Made by a program: the position numbers and the translations under genes. The notes beneath the pieces are model-generated. The model ran no database searches. It had not been told where the DNA came from and was given only the letters and a program-made list of their open reading frames with translations. A stretch of DNA of 64,000 bases from Gammaproteobacteria bacterium (lineage in GTDB: Bacteria; Pseudomonadota; Gammaproteobacteria; GCA-002705445; GCA-002716945), in the NCBI GenBank assembly GCA_018667355.1, contig JABIVC010000013.1, positions 3,296 through 67,295 of the forward strand, read 5' to 3'. The number at the start of each line of letters is the position of its first letter. Position 1 is the stretch's first letter. Below are positions 1 to 9,397 of the stretch, piece after piece.

Positions 1-146
1 GGTCAATAATAAATGCAATTTTTGGGTTGAGAGTATCTATGAAAGAAGAGGAAGAAGGAGTAGATATATCAGAATGTGGCTTAGAAGCTTATCCTGAGTT
101 TAGTAAATCATTTAATGGAGGACCATCCGTTTATCCAAAAAAATAA
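1..146 (+). CDS. amtB: Ammonium transporter (Amt family), C-terminal fragment cut by window start
   Basis: Manual translation from nt 3: SIINAIFGLRVSMKEEEEGVDISECGLEAYPEF...; matches the Amt C-terminal GLRVxxxEExxGxDxxExGxxAYPEF motif; TAA at 144-146. Confidence 0.85.
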   Translation, partial: SIINAIFGLRVSMKEEEEGVDISECGLEAYPEFSKSFNGGPSVYPKK

Positions 147-163
147 TTTTTAAACAATATCAC

Positions 164-194
164 AAAAAGGCATAATATATTATTATGCCTTTTT
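164..194. terminator. Probable bidirectional intrinsic terminator between convergent amt and speE
   Basis: Perfect 14-bp inverted repeat AAAAAGGCATAATA-tat-TATTATGCCTTTTT with A/T tracts at both ends; overlaps the speE stop codon. Confidence 0.65.
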
Positions 195-902
195 ACATTT
201 TATAAATGACCATAACCCTAATGGGTAAATTGGCATATTAAACTCATGCAGAGATATCTCTTTAAAACCATACTTTTCTAATTTCCTAATAGTTGGTTTT
301 ATTAATTTTTCACCATCAAGATATGGAGATCCACTTTGCTGTATCAATGTGCCACTATCTTTGAGAATTTTACATAAATTAATATAAAATTTTGTAGAAT
401 AAAGTTTTTCAGCTATCAAATTAGGATCAGTACAATCAACTATTACAACATCATATTTTAGAGAGGTATTATTTTTAATCCAGTCGTATCCATCTTCTAT
501 TGTTACATCTACTTTATTCTTGAGTTCTTTTTTTAATTTATAAAATGAAGGAAAAAATTTCTTACATACATCAACTACCAGGTTATCTATTTCTACTATT
601 CGTATGCTCTTAATATTCTGTTCTTTAAATAATCCTCTAATTAAGCCATAATCACCGCCACCTATTATTAAGAGGTTTATATCTTTTAAATTTTTATCAA
701 TCAGTGAAATACACTTATTATGGTATTGATCATTATTTTTTTCAGTCAGCATAAAGCAGTCATCTAGTGTAAGTATGTTCCCATATTTTCTAGATGAGTA
801 TACTTTTATTTTCTGATATTTTGACACTGATTTATATAATAGCTTTTCGCATTCTATACCAAACTGTGTTCCTGATTCTTTGTTATATTCTTTTATTAAC
901 AT
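183..902 (-). CDS. speE: Spermidine synthase / polyamine aminopropyltransferase (short, divergent)
   Basis: SKYQKI, LLIIGGGDYG, VEID, DVVIVDCTDP and YPLGLWSF motifs; divergent from speD. Confidence 0.85.
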   Translation of the reverse strand: MLIKEYNKESGTQFGIECEKLLYKSVSKYQKIKVYSSRKYGNILTLDDCFMLTEKNNDQYHNKCISLIDKNLKDINLLIIGGGDYGLIRGLFKEQNIKSIRIVEIDNLVVDVCKKFFPSFYKLKKELKNKVDVTIEDGYDWIKNNTSLKYDVVIVDCTDPNLIAEKLYSTKFYINLCKILKDSGTLIQQSGSPYLDGEKLIKPTIRKLEKYGFKEISLHEFNMPIYPLGLWSFIKCKKA

Positions 903-994
903 AATTCTTTATATATAATAATATTGTCCTAGAGTTTTTCTAATTTAAGATTATACTCTCATAATATTATTTTTTAAAATAAAGGATTAAAGAA

Positions 995-1378
995 ATGGCT
1001 CTTCAACACAAACATCTTCTAATAAGAGCAGAAGTTGCCAATTGCCCTATGAGAGATGATCTTGGATATGTCTTAGATTGGATGCAAAGTCTTATTAAAA
1101 AAATTGATATGAAACTTTTGCAAGGCCCTAATATCTCTTATATAGATCAGAAAGGAAATAGAGGGATTACATGTATGGCTTTAATTGAAACCAGCCATAT
1201 TGTTTTACATATCTGGGACGAACAAAAACCAGGATTATTTCAGTTAGATGTATATAGTTGTAAATCTTTTGACCTTAACATAGTCATTAGTCACTTGCGT
1301 GACTCATTTGATGTTTCTAAACTCCAATACAAATTCTTAGATAGAAAGAAAGACCTTATCATGATTGATGAGAATTAA
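995..1378 (+). CDS. speD: Pyruvoyl-dependent S-adenosylmethionine decarboxylase family proenzyme (short type)
   Basis: GIT...LIETSHIVLHIWDE self-cleavage region and LDVYSC motif; adjacent to speE. Confidence 0.8.
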   Translation: MALQHKHLLIRAEVANCPMRDDLGYVLDWMQSLIKKIDMKLLQGPNISYIDQKGNRGITCMALIETSHIVLHIWDEQKPGLFQLDVYSCKSFDLNIVISHLRDSFDVSKLQYKFLDRKKDLIMIDEN

Positions 1379-1383
1379 CCGAA

Positions 1384-2226
1384 TTATTTAGATTTTTTCA
1401 ATTCCAGGTCATACCCTATCTTAGCGATGACATAATTGAGTAGTAAGCATGTTTTTTTATATAGTTCAGAACCTTTTCTATAGTCAGCTTCAGCAATAAA
1501 GTCAACTCTATTTGCATTGGATAGTTCCTGACATATTTTAACTTGGTCATTCAACTTCTTTTGATAAACTGCTATAGAGTGACCTCCTTCTTTTTTAATT
1601 AGGGCCATACTAGGAACATCGGTCAATCCATCTCCTATATAAATCATATTGTCAAATGGAATAGGCCTTTTTTCTTCAGACATATGAGTATTAATACTTT
1701 CCGATAAATTTTCTTTGCCTTTATTTATTCTAAATAAATATTGCGTCTTTGTTGTATCAGTAACAACAATCTTTGGGAACACAGCATGTTTACTTGTATT
1801 ATAAAAATATTCAGATGCAAAAATCTTTTTTATATATTTCTTGATAGATATTCCTTCTAGAATTTCGATATGTCCTGCAGATATAATATAATGATGAATT
1901 TCAATATTATTTTTAGATAACTTTTTTATATATTTATTTATATTTCCAAACCACTCCGTAACTCCTTGATAATATTTGATATCTTTCCCCATTTTATAAA
2001 ATTCATTTTTAGATATTTTTATATTTTTATCTTTTGCTTGATCCAATAAATGTCTCATGAAGATCATCATTGTTTCACCGCCAGTTTTATGTGACTCTTC
2101 ATTAATTGAATCCCAGAATTTTTTAGGACTGATACCTAGCTTTGGAAGTAGCGTATACTCTTGCATAGTTTTTGGGGTAAGGGTTCCATCAAAGTCATAT
2201 ATTAGAGCAATTTTGTTCTGTTTCAT
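1384..2226 (-). CDS. HAD-superfamily hydrolase
   Basis: YDFDGTLT motif I, IISAG motif II, YIGDGLTDVP motif IV. Confidence 0.8.
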   Translation of the reverse strand: MKQNKIALIYDFDGTLTPKTMQEYTLLPKLGISPKKFWDSINEESHKTGGETMMIFMRHLLDQAKDKNIKISKNEFYKMGKDIKYYQGVTEWFGNINKYIKKLSKNNIEIHHYIISAGHIEILEGISIKKYIKKIFASEYFYNTSKHAVFPKIVVTDTTKTQYLFRINKGKENLSESINTHMSEEKRPIPFDNMIYIGDGLTDVPSMALIKKEGGHSIAVYQKKLNDQVKICQELSNANRVDFIAEADYRKGSELYKKTCLLLNYVIAKIGYDLELKKSK

Positions 2227-3926
2227 TACATATCCTCTGGAGCATTTATATTGAATAAATTTAAGCCGTCTTTTAGAACTTTTTGAATCGCAATAATAAG
2301 TGATACCCTACTGTAATTAATTTCATCATCTATAATTTTTATATTTCCATAATAACTATGAAAGCTCTGAGATAATTTATAGAGGTAATTAGTAATCATT
2401 TGAGGCTGAAGAGTATTTATAGCCATTCTAAATGTATCCTCATAGCTGTTAAGCAGTCTTAGCAATGCTTGCTCCTTAGATTCTAGTAATTGTGCATTAT
2501 CAAAATCTAATTTGTTTAAGTCAATTTTTGATTTTATTTTCTCAATCCTAGCATGAGCATATTGAATATAATAAACTGGATTATCTTTGTCCTTAGAAAG
2601 AGCTGTATTGATATCAAAATCTAGGTGTTGCTCAATCTTTTTATCTATATAGAAGAAGTTTATTGCATCTGAGCCTATTTCATCGATAAGAGACTTTAGC
2701 GTGATAAACTCACCAGACCTTGTTGACATGGATATTTTTTCTCCATCTCTATACAGGTTTGCAAATTGTATTAAATGAATAGATATTTTTGTTGTATCAT
2801 AGCCTATTCCTTTTAGCGCATTAAGCAGTCTTGGAACATAACCATGATGATCAGAGCCCCATACATTAATTATCTGGTCATATTTTTTTAGCTTAATAGA
2901 ATGATATGCAATATCAGTTGCAAAATATGTTAGGGCGCCATTAGCCCTGACGAGAACTCTATCTTTATCATCACCATATTTTGTAGATTTAAACCATATG
3001 GCACCATCTTTCAAATATGATAAATCTTTATCTTTTATTTTATCTAGAATATTATAAACAAAATTATTTTTAATAAGTTCACTCTCAAGAAACCAGTTAG
3101 AAAATACTACATCCAACTCATCAAGATCTATTTTTATATACTCATAAATTATGATATCAATAACAGAGTTACGTAATTCAAGATAGGAATCCAAATTAAC
3201 CATAATATACTCTAAAAAAGAAGAGAAGCTGTCTTTTTTAGTTAAGTCATTCTTGAGAGGTATTAATTTATCTTCATATTTAATCTTGAGCTTGCTTGCT
3301 ATTGTTGATATATATTTACCATTATATATGTCTACATCATTAAATGGTTTTTTTAGATTCATTAGACTTAGAACAACGCTTATCGAAAGTATATCTATTT
3401 GTTTCCCTATATTATTAACATAATATTCTGTATGTACATCATGACCTTGAGTTCTTAAAATACTACATAAGGTTTTACCATAAATTAATCCTCTTCCATG
3501 TCCTACATGTAATGGCCCTGTCGGGTTAGCAGAAACAAATTCTAAATGTATTTTTTTTGGATTCATTGACTTAAAACCATCAAAAATATTTTTACTTTTA
3601 ATGATTTTTGTGACTATTGATGCTCTTGCAGAATTTTCAATAAAAAAATTAATAAATCCAGGCTTTTTAACCTCAATATTTTTTATTTGTTCATATTTTT
3701 TTTCTAATATTATAGCCTTTATTTGTTTAGCAATAGTCTCAGGATTCTTTCTTAAAAACTTACTAAGTTTCATTGCAATATTAGAGTAATAGTCTCCATG
3801 AGACTCACTAGTGGTTTTTTGCACTTCAACAAAATCAACTGATGATAAGGTCTTAGAAATAACTTCATCCTCAAGATCAATTTCTTGCAAACAACTCTCA
3901 ATAATTTTTTTTATTTTTATATTCAA
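2226..3926 (-). CDS. argS: Arginine--tRNA ligase
   Basis: HGDYYSN, EFVSANPTGPLHVGHGRG (HIGH), GSDHHGY, MSTRSGEF, NPVYYIQYAHAR; TTG start. Confidence 0.97.
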   Translation of the reverse strand: MNIKIKKIIESCLQEIDLEDEVISKTLSSVDFVEVQKTTSESHGDYYSNIAMKLSKFLRKNPETIAKQIKAIILEKKYEQIKNIEVKKPGFINFFIENSARASIVTKIIKSKNIFDGFKSMNPKKIHLEFVSANPTGPLHVGHGRGLIYGKTLCSILRTQGHDVHTEYYVNNIGKQIDILSISVVLSLMNLKKPFNDVDIYNGKYISTIASKLKIKYEDKLIPLKNDLTKKDSFSSFLEYIMVNLDSYLELRNSVIDIIIYEYIKIDLDELDVVFSNWFLESELIKNNFVYNILDKIKDKDLSYLKDGAIWFKSTKYGDDKDRVLVRANGALTYFATDIAYHSIKLKKYDQIINVWGSDHHGYVPRLLNALKGIGYDTTKISIHLIQFANLYRDGEKISMSTRSGEFITLKSLIDEIGSDAINFFYIDKKIEQHLDFDINTALSKDKDNPVYYIQYAHARIEKIKSKIDLNKLDFDNAQLLESKEQALLRLLNSYEDTFRMAINTLQPQMITNYLYKLSQSFHSYYGNIKIIDDEINYSRVSLIIAIQKVLKDGLNLFNINAPEDM

Positions 3927-3943
3927 GCGGACTCTATAAAAGT

Positions 3944-6103
3944 TTAGTATAAGTCAATAGGATCTACATCTAGTGACCATCTAAAATTACTTTTTTTATA
4001 TTTAAGTATATATTCTCTTATTTCTGATGATTTTTGTAGTAAAAATTTTCTATTATGTGAATTAATTAGTAATTGATAATAATATCTATTATTTTTCTTT
4101 AATATTGGCGCTGGTGCTGGCCCTAATATAGTTATTTTGTTTTTATAAATATTTTTGATTTTATTCAGGAAGATTAGTCCCTCACCTTTATTATTCGAAG
4201 AAACTCTAAATAATGATAAGTATGAGTGAGGTGGTAATGAGGACTCGCTTCGATCCTTCAGTAAATCATTAGCGAAACTATTGTAACCATTATCTAATAG
4301 TTTAGTCATTATCGGATGTTTTGGTTTGCGTGTCTGTATAACTATTTTTCCTTGAGATGAGTGTCTCCCGGATCTCCCTGCTACTTGTATTATCATTTGA
4401 GCAATTTTTTCTATACCTCTAAAATCAAGACTATATAGACCAGAGTCTATATCAATAATTCCTACAAGGGTCAAATTAGGAAAATCATGACCTTTTGCAA
4501 GCATCTGAGTGCCTATTAAAATATCGATTTCTGCATTTTTGGACTTATTTATGAAATCATTTAGTTGAGAAACATTTTTGATTGTATCGCTATCAATTCT
4601 CATTATTTTAGATTTGGGAAATAGCTCTTTAGCTTTTTTCTCTATTCTTTCTGTCCCAATGCCAACAGGTACAATTTCATTTGAAGATTTACATTCACAA
4701 ATATTATTTAAATCTATTTTTTTTTGTAAGCCACAATGATGACACCATAATTTATTTTCAAATTCATGAAAAGTCATATGCACATCACATTTGTGACATT
4801 TGGATGTCCATCTGCAAACATTGCATAATAAAGTATGACTAAAACCTCTCCTTCCGACAAATAGTAATACCTGCTTTCCTTTATCTAACTCTTTTCTAAT
4901 CTCTCTAATTAATATAGGAGAAAATCCATCTCTCGTAGTATCTTTAGTAGTGTCTACTACTGTTACTTTTGGTAATTTAGTATTATAAAATCTATTCTTA
5001 AGAATAACATGCGAATACTTGTCTACTTGGCAATTATAAAGACTCTCGAAAGATGGAGTAGCGCTACCCATTAGTATTGGAATATTAATATTTTTTGCTC
5101 TGACTAATGCAACATCCCTGGAATGATATCTAAACTTTTCTGACTGCTTTAGCGAACTATCATGTTCTTCATCGATGATAATTAATCCTAATTTTTCAAA
5201 TGGTAAAAATACTGCTGAACGCGTACCAATTATAATATCAATATGTCCATTACGACAACTATCCCATACTTTTAACCTTGCATTATCAGTTAATGCAGAA
5301 TGATATACAGAAATATTAAAGTCTAGATAGTCTTGAAACCTTAAAATTGTTTGAGGAGTTAAATTAATTTCAGGAACTATTATTAAAACTTGTCTACCCC
5401 TACTAACTATTTCTTTTGCTACACTAATATATAGCTCTGTCTTGCCGCTACCGGTAACACCTTCTATTAAAGTAGGGCTGAAGCAATGAATAGTTTCGAT
5501 AATCTTTTGATATGCTAGTTCTTGCTCTTGGTTAAGACTAATAATTCTGGTCTTCTTTCTTATTTCGGCCATAAATTCTTTTTTGATAAAACCATTTTCT
5601 ATCATGGGCTTCACTAATGATTTAGGACTTATTATTGATGACTTCAACCCTTGAGATGAATTAATCTCATCATATATTTTTTTTTGAGCGGGTTTATTTT
5701 TAAAATAATCTTTTATTGCTTTATTCGTCGTAACATAGATAAATTCTCTATTATCAGGAATTATTATGTTATTTCCCACTTTAACCTTAGCGGGGAGATA
5801 GCTAAATAAAACTTGACCCAATGGATATTGGTAATAATTTGATGCCCATATTCCCAGCTTTAATAATTCCCTGGTTATAACTGGTTTCTCATCAATAATT
5901 GCATCCAAATATTTCAGCTTATACTTTAGATTTTTTGATTTTGTATTTTTTGTAGTATCAATACATAAACCTATTAATTTTTTTTTCCCAAACGGAACTT
6001 TTATGCGAATACCAGGTTTGATATTTTGTTGTTCATCTGTAGTCAAATAACTGTAAGTCCCATATAAGGGTAAATTAAAGGCAACTTTGATTATATTTTT
6101 CAT
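3944..6103 (-). CDS. priA: Primosomal protein N' (replication restart helicase)
   Basis: GVTGSGKTE, DEEHD, Cys-rich region, GTQMLAKGHDFP, QVAGRSGR, C-terminal DVDP. Confidence 0.97.
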   Translation of the reverse strand: MKNIIKVAFNLPLYGTYSYLTTDEQQNIKPGIRIKVPFGKKKLIGLCIDTTKNTKSKNLKYKLKYLDAIIDEKPVITRELLKLGIWASNYYQYPLGQVLFSYLPAKVKVGNNIIIPDNREFIYVTTNKAIKDYFKNKPAQKKIYDEINSSQGLKSSIISPKSLVKPMIENGFIKKEFMAEIRKKTRIISLNQEQELAYQKIIETIHCFSPTLIEGVTGSGKTELYISVAKEIVSRGRQVLIIVPEINLTPQTILRFQDYLDFNISVYHSALTDNARLKVWDSCRNGHIDIIIGTRSAVFLPFEKLGLIIIDEEHDSSLKQSEKFRYHSRDVALVRAKNINIPILMGSATPSFESLYNCQVDKYSHVILKNRFYNTKLPKVTVVDTTKDTTRDGFSPILIREIRKELDKGKQVLLFVGRRGFSHTLLCNVCRWTSKCHKCDVHMTFHEFENKLWCHHCGLQKKIDLNNICECKSSNEIVPVGIGTERIEKKAKELFPKSKIMRIDSDTIKNVSQLNDFINKSKNAEIDILIGTQMLAKGHDFPNLTLVGIIDIDSGLYSLDFRGIEKIAQMIIQVAGRSGRHSSQGKIVIQTRKPKHPIMTKLLDNGYNSFANDLLKDRSESSLPPHSYLSLFRVSSNNKGEGLIFLNKIKNIYKNKITILGPAPAPILKKNNRYYYQLLINSHNRKFLLQKSSEIREYILKYKKSNFRWSLDVDPIDLY

Positions 6104-6142
6104 ATCTTATTATACATTTAGGGTTGCCATCTTGAGATTTGT

Positions 6143-6177
6143 TTATCCACAGATTTTGTGAATAACTCTGTGGATAA
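6143..6177. promoter_or_regulatory. Cluster of three DnaA boxes (DARS-core-like arrangement)
   Basis: TTATCCACA (6143-6151), 5-nt spacer, TGTGAATAA (6157-6165), 3-nt spacer, TGTGGATAA (6169-6177); all fit TTATNCACA on one strand or the other. Confidence 0.8.
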
Positions 6178-6261
6178 ATCGCAATATTATTACGTATATT
6201 ATTTCATCGTTATCTTTTCAACAGATCGTACATTTTATAATCAATTACATATATCTATAAA

Positions 6262-6274
6262 TATCAATCACTTA
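6262..6274 (+). promoter_or_regulatory. Putative IHF binding site
   Basis: TATCAATCACTTA matches WATCAANNNNTTR with an AT-rich 5' flank, about 85 nt from the DnaA-box trio. Confidence 0.5.
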
Positions 6275-6342
6275 AAGAGTTTATAAATCTTTAAGTATCA
6301 TAGAATCTTTTTAAGATTATGTTTATTACAATATTAGTATAA

Positions 6343-6351
6343 TGTGAATAA
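6343..6351 (-). promoter_or_regulatory. Fourth DnaA box
   Basis: TGTGAATAA is the reverse complement of TTATTCACA. Confidence 0.55.
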
Positions 6352-6519
6352 ATCCCCAAATCACTGGGTATTTGGAGTGTAGTTTACTACTAAACCCCTG
6401 AAAACATTAGGTTATTTTTTATATTTATTTTGAATCTAATAAGTAAATTGCTTCAAGTACTAATATATTTAACGATTCATACTTTTAAAATAAGCTATAA
6501 TTAAATTATAGTGACGAAT

Positions 6520-7095
6520 ATGCATAAAATCTTAAGATTAAACTCAGCAGGACACCCAATTGATTGGATAAATTATCAAACTGCTGCAAGGCTATATTAT
6601 CTAAATCACATTATTTGTGAATGTGGATCCTCGTCGATAAGATTAAGAGGTGGATATAACCGTCTAAAGAGGCATAGAAGCTTCTTAAACCTTAATTCCA
6701 TAGTATCTACCAATAATATTAATAAGCTTGATTATTCGGCTTTTACGCCCCCACTGGTTAATACAACTCTGTTTAAAAGAGATGGACACCAATGCCTATA
6801 TTGTGGAAATATATTCTCGCACAATCAACTATCAAGAGATCATATAATCCCGTTATCTAAAGGTGGAAATGATACATGGACCAACGTAGTGACATCTTGT
6901 AAAAGATGTAACAATTCTAAAGGAGCTAGAACTCCTGAAGATGCTAGAATGCTTCTATTAGCAATACCATTTATACCCTCCAGAGTTGAGTATATAATTC
7001 TACGTGGAAGAACAATATTGGCAGACCAAATGGAATTTTTGATTTCTCATATACCAAAGTCTAGCCCAATTTTTCAAAGATACACAAAACCTTAA
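6520..7095 (+). CDS. HNH endonuclease family protein (Zn-binding)
   Basis: LFKRDGHQCLYCG...SRDHIIPLSKGGNDTWTNVVTSCKRCNNSKG; start is ATG 6520 or GTG 6511. Confidence 0.88.
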   Translation: MHKILRLNSAGHPIDWINYQTAARLYYLNHIICECGSSSIRLRGGYNRLKRHRSFLNLNSIVSTNNINKLDYSAFTPPLVNTTLFKRDGHQCLYCGNIFSHNQLSRDHIIPLSKGGNDTWTNVVTSCKRCNNSKGARTPEDARMLLLAIPFIPSRVEYIILRGRTILADQMEFLISHIPKSSPIFQRYTKP

Positions 7096-7115
7096 CATTG
7101 TTTTACAATAGCTCT

Positions 7116-8138
7116 ATGACAGTAGATACAGAAAACTCGACAGTTGTTCTTTTAGTAAACCTTGGAACGCCTAATCAGCCCAATACTGAGCAAGTTAGGA
7201 TCTATCTTAGAGAATTCTTGTCTGATAAAGATGTAATCAGATTACCTAGAATCTTTTGGTTGCCTTTATTACACTTAATTATTCTAAGAATTAGACCAAA
7301 AAAAAGCGCTGCTTTATATCGGAAAGTATGGACGGAATGGGGATCTCCACTTTTGTATAATACTTTCTTGCAATGTGGAAAATTGAGACAAATTTTTAAA
7401 AATACTGACCATAATTTTATAATTGATGTGGCAATGAGATACGGTAACCCGTCTATTCATAGTAAATTGATTGAGTATCATTCCTTAGGTCATAAAAAAA
7501 TTTTGATTCTTCCTATGTTCCCTCAGTACTCAACTACAACTACAAAATCTATCGCAAATAAACTTAAGCTAATTTTACAAAATAATCCTGAGATCGATAA
7601 GCAATTAGATATTTCATTCATCAAAGATTTTCATGACAACCCTAAATATATTAGTGCATCTGCTAATCATATTAGAGAATTTCAACTAAAGAATGGGGTT
7701 CCTCAAAAATTACTTTTTTCTTTCCACGGTATACCAAAGTCTTACATTGCGAAGAATGAACCATATCAAGAGCAATGCTTGATTACTGCTAAATTAATTG
7801 CAAAGGAACTCAATCTTAATGAAGGAGATTTTGATATTGTTTTTCAATCAAGGTTTGGGAAAGCAGAATGGATACAGCCTTATTTGGCACAGACTTTAGA
7901 GGCTTACCCTTCTCAGGGCATAAAAGATATTCAAGTATTTTGCCCAGGATTTGTATCAGATTGCCTTGAAACTATAGAAGAAATTGGTGAGGAATCTAAA
8001 GAATTATTTATTGATGCTGGGGGATTAACTTATCATTTTATTCCCTGTCTTAATGGAAATAAGGGATTATTAGATACATTAAATGAGTTAATTATCAATA
8101 ATAAGAGACATTTAATAGATTACAAAAACCTATCATAA
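7116..8138 (+). CDS. hemH: Ferrochelatase
   Basis: LLVNLGTP, AMRYGNP, FSFHGIP, FQSRFG..EWIQPY, GFVSDCLETIEEI; ATG 7116 preferred over TTG 7098. Confidence 0.95.
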   Translation: MTVDTENSTVVLLVNLGTPNQPNTEQVRIYLREFLSDKDVIRLPRIFWLPLLHLIILRIRPKKSAALYRKVWTEWGSPLLYNTFLQCGKLRQIFKNTDHNFIIDVAMRYGNPSIHSKLIEYHSLGHKKILILPMFPQYSTTTTKSIANKLKLILQNNPEIDKQLDISFIKDFHDNPKYISASANHIREFQLKNGVPQKLLFSFHGIPKSYIAKNEPYQEQCLITAKLIAKELNLNEGDFDIVFQSRFGKAEWIQPYLAQTLEAYPSQGIKDIQVFCPGFVSDCLETIEEIGEESKELFIDAGGLTYHFIPCLNGNKGLLDTLNELIINNKRHLIDYKNLS

Positions 8139-8145
8139 TACTCTG

Positions 8146-9396
8146 TCAAAATTTCTTGAGTTTTTTCTTCACCAAATGATGCTTTAGTTTAGCATAATCT
8201 GGTATCCCGTTTATATAAGGGGGGTAATTCTCACCTTCAATTAAATTTTTAATGTAATCTTTGCATTTTTTAGTAACACTAAAACCATCTTTGCCTATAT
8301 AAGATTTAGGAAGAGTCTTTTCTATATTTGCAACATTTTCAAGCTTTGTATAACCAATATCCCATTTATAAGAGGGAGTATTTTTTTTATTGATTGTAAG
8401 CATCACTCCGCTAGTATTGGATTTGGCATAACTGATAGCTTTATAACCTATTTGATATGCTTGTTTAACATCTACATCTGATGCGACATGTCTCGCAGCC
8501 CTCTGGAGATAATCCGATACCGCCCAATGCACCTTATAATTTAATTTGTTTGTAATAATATCTGATAATTTTGGAGCAACTCCACCAAGATGAGCATGAC
8601 CAAAACTATCTTTTTTAGTACTTGAGGCTATGAATTGATCTTTACTATCTTTGATACCTTCAGATGCAACTATAACGCAATATCCATTACTAATTACAGT
8701 TTCTCTAACTTTAGCTAAAAACCTTTTTTGGTTAAATGTTACCTCTGGTAATAATATAATATGTGGTGGCATAGTAATATTATTTTTTATAATACCAGCT
8801 GATGCGGCAAGCCAGCCAGCATGCCTACCCATAACTTCTAGTAAAAAAACTTTGGTAGATGAGTTAGCCATCGACGCTACATCCAAGGATGCTTCATATG
8901 TTGAAATAGCAATATATTTGGCGACAGAGCCAAATCCAGGACAGTTGTCAGTGATAGGCAAGTCATTATCAATTGTCTTTGGTAGCCCAATACAAGTAAT
9001 ATCATATTTATTAGCTTTGCAGTAGTTGGCAATCTTAAGAGTAGTATCTTGTGAGTCACCACCACCATTATAAAAAAAGTACCCTATATTATGTGCCTTG
9101 AAAACATCGAGTATTCTTTGAAACTCTTTTTTATTTTTTATCGGATCTTTTAGTTTGATTCTGCATGAGCCAAAAGCTCCTCCAGGAGTATGTAATAATT
9201 TATTTAATTCTTTTTTATCCTCTTTACCTACATCTATTAATTCTTCATTAATGGCCCCAGCTATTCCATTCTTTCCTACATATAATTTTCCAAAAGCTCC
9301 TTGATTTTTTGACAAAGAATCAATTAGGCCAGCAGCTGTAGCATTTATTACTGGTGTTACACCTCCAGATTGCGCATAGAAAATATTTTTTTTCAT
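8146..9396 (-). CDS. pfp: 6-phosphofructokinase, probably pyrophosphate-dependent
   Basis: YAQSGGVTPVIN, NGGGDSQD, PKTIDND, EVMGRHAGW; Asp/Lys at the specificity positions indicate PPi use. Confidence 0.88.
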   Translation of the reverse strand: MKKNIFYAQSGGVTPVINATAAGLIDSLSKNQGAFGKLYVGKNGIAGAINEELIDVGKEDKKELNKLLHTPGGAFGSCRIKLKDPIKNKKEFQRILDVFKAHNIGYFFYNGGGDSQDTTLKIANYCKANKYDITCIGLPKTIDNDLPITDNCPGFGSVAKYIAISTYEASLDVASMANSSTKVFLLEVMGRHAGWLAASAGIIKNNITMPPHIILLPEVTFNQKRFLAKVRETVISNGYCVIVASEGIKDSKDQFIASSTKKDSFGHAHLGGVAPKLSDIITNKLNYKVHWAVSDYLQRAARHVASDVDVKQAYQIGYKAISYAKSNTSGVMLTINKKNTPSYKWDIGYTKLENVANIEKTLPKSYIGKDGFSVTKKCKDYIKNLIEGENYPPYINGIPDYAKLKHHLVKKKLKKF

Positions 9397-9397
9397 C

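Noticed and set aside
6300..6420. Short imperfect hairpins in the priA-HNH spacer as a possible small RNA
   Set aside because: Stems are only 4-6 bp and AT-rich, with no RNA family I recognise; cannot be supported without a covariance search
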